From an uncultured Aliarcobacter sp. (lineage in GTDB: Bacteria; Campylobacterota; Campylobacteria; Campylobacterales; Arcobacteraceae), in the NCBI GenBank assembly GCA_963664305.2, contig CAXXLV010000001.1, positions 480,001 to 544,000 of the forward strand: a stretch of 64,000 bases of DNA, given 5' to 3'. The position numbers were made by a program, and so were the translations under genes. Below, one piece after another: positions 51,994-61,019 of the stretch. The stretch's first letter is position 1, and each line of letters opens with the position of its first letter. The notes below the pieces were generated by a model. The model did not search any database. It had not been told where the DNA came from and was given only the letters and a program-made list of their open reading frames with translations.

Positions 51994-53738
51994 AAGTTTT
52001 TATTGATTATTTCTAAAAATTCTTTTGGATTTTTATATCCAACTATTTTTGATGCTTTTATTTCATTTTTGTTTTTATCCCAAAAAATTATTCCAGGAGG
52101 TCCTACTATTCCAAACATTTTTTGTAAAGCTTTATCATCATCATTATTAGCTGTTACATCAGCTTGTAAAAGGGTAAAACCTTGAAGTTTTTTGATAACC
52201 TCTTCATCTTTAAATGTTATCTCTTCAAATTCCTTACAAGCTACACACCAAGTAGCCCAAAAATCTAGCATCACTGGTTTATCTGATTCTTTTATTGCAA
52301 GTTCTAATTCTTGAATATTTTTTATTTTTTTAAACACTAATTTTTGAGTTGATATTTGCGTAACACCTGATGTGAATTTTTCCAATGGATTTAAAGGATT
52401 TGTTGCTCCACTTATTGCACCAATAAATAAAATTACTCCTAAAATAAAAATCACAACTGTAGCTAATTGAGCAATTATATGTTGATAGATTTTTAAATAA
52501 ATCGCACTTCCAAGAAGTAATAATGCCCATAAATACATAATTACTGTTGCATCTAAAACTCTATCAAGAAGCCAAATTGCAACTGCTAACATTACAATTC
52601 CAAATATTCTTGTTATGCTTTCCATCCAACCACCTGGTTTTGGCATAAATTTCCCAGCTCCAAGTCCAATTAAAAGTAAAGGTACACCCATTCCTAAACT
52701 CATAACAAAAAGAGCCAATCCTCCTAAAAGTGCATCACCTGTTTGCCCGATATACACTAAAGCACCTGCAAGTGGTGGAGCAACACAAGGTCCAACTATA
52801 AGTGCTGATAGGAATCCCATTATTGCAATTCCTATTACTCCTTGTTTTTCTTTTCCATCTGTAGTTTTATTAAGTTTAGTTTGTAAAGATTGTGGAAGTT
52901 TTATTTCAAAATATCCAAACATTGAAAAAGCAAGAGCCACAAAAATTAATGCAAAAACAACTAAAACATAAGGATTTTGAAGTGCTACTTGTAAATTTGC
53001 ACCAAAAACTCCTGCAATTACACCAGCAATTGTATATGCAATACTCATTGATAAAACATAAACTAATGAAAGAAAAAATCCCTTACTTGCAGTCATTTTT
53101 TCTTTTTGTGATGCACCAACAATTATTGAAGATAAAATAGGAATCATAGGGAAAACACAAGGTGTTAAAGCTAAAAGTAATCCAAATCCAAAAAATGTAA
53201 CTAACACTAAAAATAAATTTTTTTCTTTTAAACTATTTGCAATACTATCTGTTTCACTAATATTTATATTGGTTTCTATTTTTTGTTCAGACTCTTTTTT
53301 TGTTTCTACTTTTGTAGCAACATTTTCAAAAGTTAATTTATATTTTTCACTAATTGGTGCATAACAAAGCCCAAGTTTTGAACAACCTTGAAATTGTAAT
53401 TCAATTTCATATTCATTTGAATCAATTTTTGATTTTAATAAAGTAAAAGGAATAGTTAAATCTAAATGATTAAAATGTACAATAAATTCATCATAAGATA
53501 CAGGTTCAGGAATATTAGCTTCTTCTGTAATATCTATCTTTTGAGGTTTTGATATAAATACTTTTATCTTTTCATCATATAAATATATATCTTTACCCAA
53601 CTCTAATTTTATGTTTAAATTATCTTGATTTTTTGTAAAAGTTGTTTTAAATGCCTCTTCTGGTTCTAAAACTTTTGGATTTAAATCCAAAGAAAATGAA
53701 TATACAAAAACAAGTAAAAATAGCAGAATTTTTTTCAT
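51990..53738 (-). CDS. dsbD: Thiol:disulfide interchange protein DsbD
   Basis: QGC...CYAP, TPCVFPM, GPCVAP, WCVAC. Confidence 0.96.
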   Translation of the reverse strand: MKKILLFLLVFVYSFSLDLNPKVLEPEEAFKTTFTKNQDNLNIKLELGKDIYLYDEKIKVFISKPQKIDITEEANIPEPVSYDEFIVHFNHLDLTIPFTLLKSKIDSNEYEIELQFQGCSKLGLCYAPISEKYKLTFENVATKVETKKESEQKIETNINISETDSIANSLKEKNLFLVLVTFFGFGLLLALTPCVFPMIPILSSIIVGASQKEKMTASKGFFLSLVYVLSMSIAYTIAGVIAGVFGANLQVALQNPYVLVVFALIFVALAFSMFGYFEIKLPQSLQTKLNKTTDGKEKQGVIGIAIMGFLSALIVGPCVAPPLAGALVYIGQTGDALLGGLALFVMSLGMGVPLLLIGLGAGKFMPKPGGWMESITRIFGIVMLAVAIWLLDRVLDATVIMYLWALLLLGSAIYLKIYQHIIAQLATVVIFILGVILFIGAISGATNPLNPLEKFTSGVTQISTQKLVFKKIKNIQELELAIKESDKPVMLDFWATWCVACKEFEEITFKDEEVIKKLQGFTLLQADVTANNDDDKALQKMFGIVGPPGIIFWDKNKNEIKASKIVGYKNPKEFLEIINKNF

Positions 53739-53748
53739 TGATTATCTT

Positions 53749-54111
53749 TTATTTAAAATTTTCTTGAGAAGTATAAAGTAACTCTTCTTTAGTTAAGATT
53801 CCAACATACTCTTTTATAGGTTTACCATCTTTAAAATAAAGAAGTGTAGGAAGTTTTGAAACTCCATATTTTTTAGCTAAAACATATTGTTCATCTATAT
53901 CAACTTTATAAATTTCAACATTATCAGGTTTAATAACATCAAAATCTTCCAAATTATTTGCTAATATTTTGCATGGTGGACACCATGAAGCGTAAAAATC
54001 AACTATTACATTTTTACCTTTAATTTTTGAATCAAAATTATCTATATTTAGATTTTCATATGCAAAAACAGAAATTACACTAAACAGTAGTGTAAAAATT
54101 ACCTTATTCAT
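53749..54111 (-). CDS. Exported thioredoxin
   Basis: Signal peptide, DFYASWCPPC, cis-Pro LPT. Confidence 0.9.
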   Translation of the reverse strand: MNKVIFTLLFSVISVFAYENLNIDNFDSKIKGKNVIVDFYASWCPPCKILANNLEDFDVIKPDNVEIYKVDIDEQYVLAKKYGVSKLPTLLYFKDGKPIKEYVGILTKEELLYTSQENFK

Positions 54112-54254
54112 TATTTACCTTTTAAATTTTTTTAATTATATTTAATCTTTGTAAAGAGTTTGTTTATACAAATTTATAATTTTAAATTTATTTATATATA
54201 TAAGAATTTATTATATATTTTATGTTAATATCACATTTTACAAAGGATATTTTT

Positions 54255-54632
54255 ATGAATAAATTAGTTGATTTACAACCTAAAATAGTCGAAAAAATGA
54301 TAAATGATAATATAGTGATGATTGATGTAAGAAGACCAGATGAGTGGGCTAGAACTGGTGTCGTAAAAAATGCTCATTTAATTACTTTTTTTGATGAATT
54401 TGGTGATTACGATATAGAAAAATGGATGGGTGAATTTGAGAAATTAGTAACATCAAAAGACCAAACTTTTATTTTAATTTGTGCACATGCAAATAGAACT
54501 AGAAATATAGGAAATTTTTTAATAGAACAAGGTTATAAAAATTGTGCACATTTATTTGGAGGAATGGCTTTATGGCAGCAGGAACAAAGAGAAACTGTTC
54601 CTTATAAACTTTTTTCAAAATTAGGAGTTTAA
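54255..54632 (+). CDS. Single-domain rhodanese
   Basis: IDVRRPDEW..TG, active loop CAHANR, L.GG...W; start moved to ATG 54255 behind AAGGA. Confidence 0.88.
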   Translation: MNKLVDLQPKIVEKMINDNIVMIDVRRPDEWARTGVVKNAHLITFFDEFGDYDIEKWMGEFEKLVTSKDQTFILICAHANRTRNIGNFLIEQGYKNCAHLFGGMALWQQEQRETVPYKLFSKLGV

Positions 54633-54639
54633 AAAACTC

Positions 54640-55572
54640 CTATGCCCCAATATTATCTTTTTTGATTTTTCTTTTTTGAGGGTTAATTGCACATCTTGGT
54701 TTTACACTTTTTTCAATATAATCCATAATTTTTGCAGCAATATTTATATTTGTAGATTTTTCAATTCCTTCTAAACCTGGACTTGAATTTACTTCCATTA
54801 CAAGTGGTCCTCTACTTGATGGTATCATATCAACTCCACAAACTCCAAGCCCCATAGCTTTAGCTGCTGCAATTGCTGTTGCTTTTTCTTTTCTATTTAA
54901 TTTATAAGCTGTTGCACTTCCACCTTGATGTAAGTTTGACCTAAAATCTCCCTCTGCACCTTGTCTTTTCATTGCTCCAACTACTTCATTATTCACAACA
55001 AATGCTCTAATATCAGCTCCACCTGCTTCTTCAATATACTCTTGAACAAGTAAATTTACATCCATTCCATAAAAGGCATCAAGAACTGATTTTGCAGCTT
55101 TTTCACTATCTACTAAAACTACTCCAACACCTTGAGTTCCCTCTAAAATTTTTAAAACTAAAGGTGCTCCACCACTTAAAGCTATTACATCTTTTGCATT
55201 TGATTTATTTGAAGCAAAAACTGTTCTTGGCATATCAACACCATTTCTTGATAACACTTGCAAACTTCTTAATTTATCTCTACTTCTTGTAAGAGCTAAA
55301 TTTCCTGTTGTACTAAATACATCTAACATCTCAAAGTGTCGCACCATTGCTGTACCATAAAATGTTCTGCTTGCGCCAATTCTAGGAATAATTGCATCAG
55401 GAGGAGGTAAAACTTTACCTTCATAATTTACAACTAATTCACCTTTCATAATTTCAATAGTACATTTTAGATAGTCAATTACTTTTACTTCCCAGCCTTT
55501 GTTATTTGCCTCTTCAACTAATCTTTTTGTTGAATACAAATCTTTATTTCTTGATAATATATAAATCCTCAT
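54640..55572 (-). CDS. rimK: Ribosomal protein S6--L-glutamate ligase
   Basis: ILSR...YSTKRL, IPRIGAS, GTQGVGV, FRSNLHQGG, EVNSSPGLEGIE. Confidence 0.96.
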   Translation of the reverse strand: MRIYILSRNKDLYSTKRLVEEANNKGWEVKVIDYLKCTIEIMKGELVVNYEGKVLPPPDAIIPRIGASRTFYGTAMVRHFEMLDVFSTTGNLALTRSRDKLRSLQVLSRNGVDMPRTVFASNKSNAKDVIALSGGAPLVLKILEGTQGVGVVLVDSEKAAKSVLDAFYGMDVNLLVQEYIEEAGGADIRAFVVNNEVVGAMKRQGAEGDFRSNLHQGGSATAYKLNRKEKATAIAAAKAMGLGVCGVDMIPSSRGPLVMEVNSSPGLEGIEKSTNINIAAKIMDYIEKSVKPRCAINPQKRKIKKDNIGA

Positions 55573-55584
55573 AGGAACCTTCTT

Positions 55585-56010
55585 TTATATAACTTTTGTT
55601 AGATATTCTTTTGAAACATCAACTAGGAATCTATTAACTAAAAATTTTCTACCAATTAACATTGGATATTTCATATCTGACCTATCTGTTAATGATATAT
55701 CTGTTTTATATTTTTTTCCAAAAAAAGAGACTGTTACTTGAATAGTTGCTCTTAATTGAACTGTTCCATTTGAACTTTTTACTTTTTTTAATTTGTAAAG
55801 TGGCATTACTAATTTTTTTCCATGATAGGCAGGATGAACTTCATCTAATAATTTAAAAGTTACAAGTTTATTTTCATTGTCAATAATAATATCATCGCAA
55901 TGTAGTGAGTTTGAGTCAGCTCCAGTATCAATTTTAGCATCTAAACCAAATAGTTCTAAATCTAAAATATCAACTATTTCTCTTTTTCCTATAATCTTTT
56001 TTTGTGACAT
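55585..56010 (-). CDS. rimB: RimK-associated retropepsin-like protease (RimB-like)
   Basis: IG.RE, AKIDTGA..SLH, VKSSNG, LTDRSDMKYPMLIGR; directly upstream of rimK. Confidence 0.85.
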   Translation of the reverse strand: MSQKKIIGKREIVDILDLELFGLDAKIDTGADSNSLHCDDIIIDNENKLVTFKLLDEVHPAYHGKKLVMPLYKLKKVKSSNGTVQLRATIQVTVSFFGKKYKTDISLTDRSDMKYPMLIGRKFLVNRFLVDVSKEYLTKVI

Positions 56011-56031
56011 AATTTACCTCTTAAAAAGCTA

Positions 56032-56040
56032 ATTATATCA
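56032..56040 (-). promoter_or_regulatory. Extended -10 promoter of rimB-rimK
   Basis: Minus strand TGATATAAT upstream of RBS GAGG. Confidence 0.6.
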
Positions 56041-56068
56041 CAAAACTATTCCAGAAAAATTACAAAAT

Positions 56069-56293
56069 TTACTTTTTAGCTTCTAAAGCCTTTTGTAAAA
56101 TAGAAATAACTTCTTCTAAGTTTTCATAAGGGATGTGAGATTTCCATTGGATATCTTGTCCATTTAATGAAATACCGATACTTACGATATCTGGAGTATC
56201 TTTTCCATAAGGTTCAGTTACATTTGAGATAGAAATTTTTCCTTTTTTAGTACCAGAAAGTGCTATTGTTCCTAATTCAGTAATTGTAGACAT
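56069..56293 (-). CDS. Small hypothetical protein
   Basis: 74-aa ORF with RBS AAGGA; beta-rich N-terminal part, C-terminal helix. Confidence 0.75.
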   Translation of the reverse strand: MSTITELGTIALSGTKKGKISISNVTEPYGKDTPDIVSIGISLNGQDIQWKSHIPYENLEEVISILQKALEAKK

Positions 56294-56351
56294 GTTAATC
56301 CTTTATTATTTTAATTCTATTGTACAAAAATAAACCTTTGTTTAATTAAAA

Positions 56352-58397
56352 TTACTCAATTTTTAACGAAGGTTCACCCAAATAAAAACCTTGGAATTCA
56401 TCAATACCTAAATCTAAAAGATTTTCATATACTTCTTTTGAATGTACAAATTCTGCAACAACTTTTATATTTAGAGCTTTTGAAAAGTCAACAATTGATT
56501 TTACCATTTCATAAGAGTTTTTGTCATTATTAATATTTTTTATTAAAGAACCATCAATTTTTATATAGTTTGGTCTTATTTTTAAAATATGTGCAAAGTT
56601 TGAATATCCTGTTCCAAAATCATCAATTGCTATTTTTATACCTTGTTTTCTATACTTTAAAATAAAATCTTCTAATAAAGTATAATCACTAATATAATCA
56701 CTCTCTAAAATTTCAAATACTACTCTTTGTTTATTTTCACTCTCTAATTTGTCAATATTTTTATCCAATGAAATGATAAAATCACTATCTAAAATATCTT
56801 TAAAACTTAAGTTAAATGTTATTTGTCTCGTAGTTTTAGATAAATCTGTAAATGCTTTTGAAATAATTTGATTTGACAATTGTAAATATTGTTTTGTTTT
56901 AACTGAAATATCTAAGAATAAATAAGGGCTTAAATAAACTGTTTCACCTTTTTCATTTACATCTTTTATTCTCATTAGAGTTTCATATTTTATAATTTCA
57001 TTATTTCTATTAAATATTGGTTGATAAAAAGGTACAACATTATCTTCTTCAATTGCTGTTTTAATCTTTTCTCGCCAATACATAGATTTTTTAATTATCT
57101 CTTTTGTATCTATCTCATTGTTATAAACAAAAAATTTCATATTTGCTTTTTTTGCTTTTTTAAGAGCAATTGTTGCTGCTTTTATTGGTTCATCTTGAGC
57201 AATTGATATACCTAAAGTGATATTAATGAAAACATCAATATCTAACTCTTCTATTCTAATTGGTCTGTTTTTAAATATTGTACAAAGTTCACTAATAAAC
57301 TCATCATACTTTGTAAAACCCATCATTTTTTTATCAGCTAAACAAAATACATTTCCATAAATTCTATATGGAGTTACACTATATTTAGTTGCAAATTCAT
57401 TTAATATTTTTGCAACTTCAATTAATACTAAATTTCCTGTAGAAAAACCATATAATTCATTTATATCACCAAAAGCATCAACATCAATCAAAGCAATAGA
57501 TACAAAGTCACTATCTTTTATGTCATCTTCTAAAGCTGTTCTATTTTTTAAGTTTGTTAAGTCATCAAAATATAATCTATCTTGAATCTCTTTTGTTTTA
57601 ACTTGAACTTGTTCTTCAAAGTTTTTTCTATTATTTTCAACTTGGTCAAGTAGTGTATTAAATTGTGTTGCTAAGAAACCTATTTCATCTTTTGATTTTA
57701 TTCCATTATCAAACTCTGGAGTAACATTTGCTTTTTGAACTTCTTCAAACATTTTATTAATTGGAGCAATTACTTTTACACTGATTATAATTGCAATAAT
57801 TGCTAAAACACCAAATAAAACCATTGAAATACTAAGTATTAAAGAGTTTGTTCCTTCTATAAAACTTGAAAAATCCTCTTTATAAATACTTGAAACTATA
57901 TACCAATCTAATTTTGGATTATATTCAACCCAAGACAATTTTTCATAAGCATAATTATATGGGTCATAAATTCTATTCCAATCATATTCAAAAACTTTTC
58001 TTTCACTATATGCTTTTTTTAATTCAGTAAATAGATTTCTTTTTTCCATTTCTGGAATTTCAATATTATTAAACTCTTTTGATGAAAACTCACCACTTGG
58101 GTCAAATATAATTTTTCCATTGCTATCAAAAATAAACGCATATCCAGATTTTCCTAAAGTTATTCCAGATAATAATAACTGAACCTCTTTGGCAAAATTT
58201 TCTTTGTCATTTATATTTCTAGATTTTTCATTTATTACTGAAACTATTCTATCAAATTGAATTTTTGAATTATTTATTTCTGTATTTGTTAAGAAGTTAT
58301 TTATTTTTGGAGACAAAAAGAAAACAACAAAAAACAGATAAGACAAAAGCCCTAAGATAAACAACCAAGCAATTTTCAGAAAAATTCTAGTATTCAT
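56352..58397 (-). CDS. Cache-HAMP-degenerate GGDEF-EAL protein (c-di-GMP phosphodiesterase)
   Basis: D.LT.L.NR but YGNVF replaces GGDEF; YQPI, ETLMR, DDFGTGYS, KIDGS, VAEFV, QGF. Confidence 0.92.
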   Translation of the reverse strand: MNTRIFLKIAWLFILGLLSYLFFVVFFLSPKINNFLTNTEINNSKIQFDRIVSVINEKSRNINDKENFAKEVQLLLSGITLGKSGYAFIFDSNGKIIFDPSGEFSSKEFNNIEIPEMEKRNLFTELKKAYSERKVFEYDWNRIYDPYNYAYEKLSWVEYNPKLDWYIVSSIYKEDFSSFIEGTNSLILSISMVLFGVLAIIAIIISVKVIAPINKMFEEVQKANVTPEFDNGIKSKDEIGFLATQFNTLLDQVENNRKNFEEQVQVKTKEIQDRLYFDDLTNLKNRTALEDDIKDSDFVSIALIDVDAFGDINELYGFSTGNLVLIEVAKILNEFATKYSVTPYRIYGNVFCLADKKMMGFTKYDEFISELCTIFKNRPIRIEELDIDVFINITLGISIAQDEPIKAATIALKKAKKANMKFFVYNNEIDTKEIIKKSMYWREKIKTAIEEDNVVPFYQPIFNRNNEIIKYETLMRIKDVNEKGETVYLSPYLFLDISVKTKQYLQLSNQIISKAFTDLSKTTRQITFNLSFKDILDSDFIISLDKNIDKLESENKQRVVFEILESDYISDYTLLEDFILKYRKQGIKIAIDDFGTGYSNFAHILKIRPNYIKIDGSLIKNINNDKNSYEMVKSIVDFSKALNIKVVAEFVHSKEVYENLLDLGIDEFQGFYLGEPSLKIE

Positions 58398-58414
58398 AAC
58401 TCTCTTCTTTTATT

Positions 58415-59218
58415 TTATATTTTTGCTATTTTTTGACCAAATTTAACATTTTGATTTAATAGATTGTCAATCTCTACAGAATCTTTTTCCCAAATAATAA
58501 CAACAGTTGAACCCATTTTAAAGTAACCTAAACATTCACCTTTTGTTATTTCAATATTCTCATATGTATAAACTTTTATCTCTTTTGTATCTGTATTTGT
58601 TTCAACTCTGTTTTCAAATTCAAATACCATTTGTCCAACATTTAAAGCTCCAACAAAAACCATATAAAAAAGTTTTCCATTGTTTTCACACTCTAAAATT
58701 ACTCTTTCATTTTGTACAAAAAGTTCAAACTCTTTGTTTAGATATTTTAAATTTACAGGGTAAAGTTTTCCTGGAACATGAATTAATTTTTTTAATTTAA
58801 AATTACATGGTGCATGATATCTATGATAATCTTTTGGAGATAAATAAAAATTCATAAATGAACCATCTTTTAATCTCTCAAAATTATCTGTACAGTAAAA
58901 AGTTAATAACTCTTCAACACTATACTCCATACCTTTTATTTGTAATGCAATATCATCTCTTAAAGTTCCACATTCTGTGATTAAACTATCTGTTGGAGAA
59001 ATAATCGTATTTATATCTTTATCAATTTCTCTTTTGATTATTAATTCTCTTGTAAATAAATCATTTAAAGATTTATAATATCTTGCATTTTTAAATTCAC
59101 TCATGTTAAGTCCCATCAGTTTTACATAACTTGCATTTATAATTTTTTGAATAAATGTTGGGAATTCATTTTTAGCGAACTTTCCAAAATATTGAGAAAT
59201 TAGATTTGTAATGTGCAT
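58415..59218 (-). CDS. psd: Phosphatidylserine decarboxylase
   Basis: SPTDS, YLSPKDYHRYHAP, NERV, FKMGST self-cleavage site. Confidence 0.95.
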   Translation of the reverse strand: MHITNLISQYFGKFAKNEFPTFIQKIINASYVKLMGLNMSEFKNARYYKSLNDLFTRELIIKREIDKDINTIISPTDSLITECGTLRDDIALQIKGMEYSVEELLTFYCTDNFERLKDGSFMNFYLSPKDYHRYHAPCNFKLKKLIHVPGKLYPVNLKYLNKEFELFVQNERVILECENNGKLFYMVFVGALNVGQMVFEFENRVETNTDTKEIKVYTYENIEITKGECLGYFKMGSTVVIIWEKDSVEIDNLLNQNVKFGQKIAKI

Positions 59219-59341
59219 TATTTTCCTTTTAGTTAATCAGTTAAGATATTATTTTATCCTTTTTTTCTTCTTAAATTGCTTTAATAGAAATTTGGATAGT
59301 CTTCCACTTTAATTTTAACAATTTTTATAAGGATATTTTTA

Positions 59342-59584
59342 ATGTACAAAATAGTTGTAGCAAACCAATGTGGATGCTTCAAAAATTCAAATTTACAAAA
59401 TAATTTAACTTTTGAATCAAAAGATGAAGCATTAACAAAAGCAATAGAAATGAGAAATATTATGAATAATGAATTCTGTAAAAAACACTCTTTTGAACTT
59501 CAAGAGATGTTTAACAACTTTGTTATTTCATTTTATAAAGAAGAGGTAAAACCTGATTGCTGTGGAAATGGTTGTTGCATGTAA
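59342..59584 (+). CDS. Small Cys-rich hypothetical protein
   Basis: RBS AAGGA; CGCF, FCKKH, C-terminal CCGNGCCM. Confidence 0.8.
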   Translation: MYKIVVANQCGCFKNSNLQNNLTFESKDEALTKAIEMRNIMNNEFCKKHSFELQEMFNNFVISFYKEEVKPDCCGNGCCM

Positions 59585-59591
59585 GCAACAA

Positions 59592-60710
59592 CTATTTTTT
59601 AGGAACTAAAATATACATTTTCCCTTTTTCTTTCATTCTTCCAGCATATTCAAAAGCCTGAGGTCCAAATCCCCAGAAAAAATCAGCTCTAATTTCACCT
59701 TTTATAGCACCACCAACATCAGCAGCAACCATCAATTGATTTATTGGATTTTTTGTAATTGGATTTTTTGTATTTAAAAATATTGGCATTCCAAGAGGAA
59801 TATAACTCCTATCAACTGCTAAATTTCTTTTTGCTGTTAATACACTACCAAGACTTCCTTTTGCTCCATTTTCAGAAACTTTAAAAAATATATAACTCGG
59901 ATTTATATTCAAAACTTCATCAATCTTTGATGGATTTTTTATAAAGAACTCTTTCATTCCTTGAACTGATAAATCATTTTTAGTTAAATAGCCTTTTTCA
60001 AGCATATAATTACCAATTCCTATATATGGCCAACCGTTTTGTTCTGCGTAACCGACATTAATCAATTTTCCATTATCCAATCGAATTTTTCCTGAACCTT
60101 GAATATGGAGAAAAAATAAATCATATTTATCATCAACGTATGCAATTACTTCTAAATTTGGGTTTTTAGGATTTTCTTCTATCTCTTTTCTTGTATCGTA
60201 AGGAACTATTTTATTGCCAACAATTTTTCCTCTTGATTTGTAATTTTTAACATTTTCATCATCAGATAAAATCAAATTTTTTGGGATTTTATAAACAGGA
60301 TATTTATATTTTTTTGTTTTTTTCAAACTTCCATATAAAAGTGGCTCATAATAACCAGTGATAATTCCTTCATCACTTGATTTACTATCATAAAGTTTGT
60401 ATGGTTGAAAGTTTGTTATAAAAAATTTTCTTCCATCTTTTTCAGATTCAGCTTTTTGACAAACTGTTTCAAATAACTCATATCTTTTTGATTTTTTACA
60501 ATCTTTTTTAAATACTTCTAAAGCATAATCTAAATCGTCTTCAAAAAATCCCTCAATATCTATAAAAGATGCGAGTTCCATTCTATTTATTTGTTCTTTT
60601 TGTTCTACGGTTGTCTCTTTTTTAATTTCACTTTTTTCAATTAGCTCTTTTTTTGTTGAACATGCTGTTACAAAAAATAAAACAAAAAGAATAAATACTA
60701 AGTTTTTCAT
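59592..60710 (-). CDS. mltA: Membrane-bound lytic murein transglycosylase A
   Basis: Lipobox VTAC, TGYYEP, IQGSG, NPSYIFF, AVD, DVGGAIKG..RADFFWG. Confidence 0.95.
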   Translation of the reverse strand: MKNLVFILFVLFFVTACSTKKELIEKSEIKKETTVEQKEQINRMELASFIDIEGFFEDDLDYALEVFKKDCKKSKRYELFETVCQKAESEKDGRKFFITNFQPYKLYDSKSSDEGIITGYYEPLLYGSLKKTKKYKYPVYKIPKNLILSDDENVKNYKSRGKIVGNKIVPYDTRKEIEENPKNPNLEVIAYVDDKYDLFFLHIQGSGKIRLDNGKLINVGYAEQNGWPYIGIGNYMLEKGYLTKNDLSVQGMKEFFIKNPSKIDEVLNINPSYIFFKVSENGAKGSLGSVLTAKRNLAVDRSYIPLGMPIFLNTKNPITKNPINQLMVAADVGGAIKGEIRADFFWGFGPQAFEYAGRMKEKGKMYILVPKK

Positions 60711-61009
60711 TAATTACAATAAGATGAAGAATTTATGGGATGAACTTCTTTTAAACCACAATTTGAGCAAGTAAATTCTATCTCTTTTACTCCTGAACAA
60801 CCATGGTCTTTTAAAACTCTACTGCTAATTATTTCATGGGTAAAAGTTGTATTACTGTTTTTGTCAAAAAAAGTTTTTGTTTTTTGTTTACAAGTTGGGC
60901 ATTCACCACTAAGAAGTAAACTTAATCTATTTTTTTTAGTATTAAAATATAAAAGGACAGAAAATATTGAAATAAGAAAAGCTATAAGTAAGAAAATTAT
61001 AGTTTGCAT
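60710..61009 (-). CDS. Membrane-anchored zinc-ribbon-like hypothetical protein
   Basis: N-terminal TM, CPTC and CSNC; coupled to mltA. Confidence 0.75.
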   Translation of the reverse strand: MQTIIFLLIAFLISIFSVLLYFNTKKNRLSLLLSGECPTCKQKTKTFFDKNSNTTFTHEIISSRVLKDHGCSGVKEIEFTCSNCGLKEVHPINSSSYCN

Positions 61010-61019
61010 GAAGTAGAGA

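Noticed and set aside
57300..57570. Active diguanylate cyclase
   Set aside because: GGDEF motif is replaced by YGNVF
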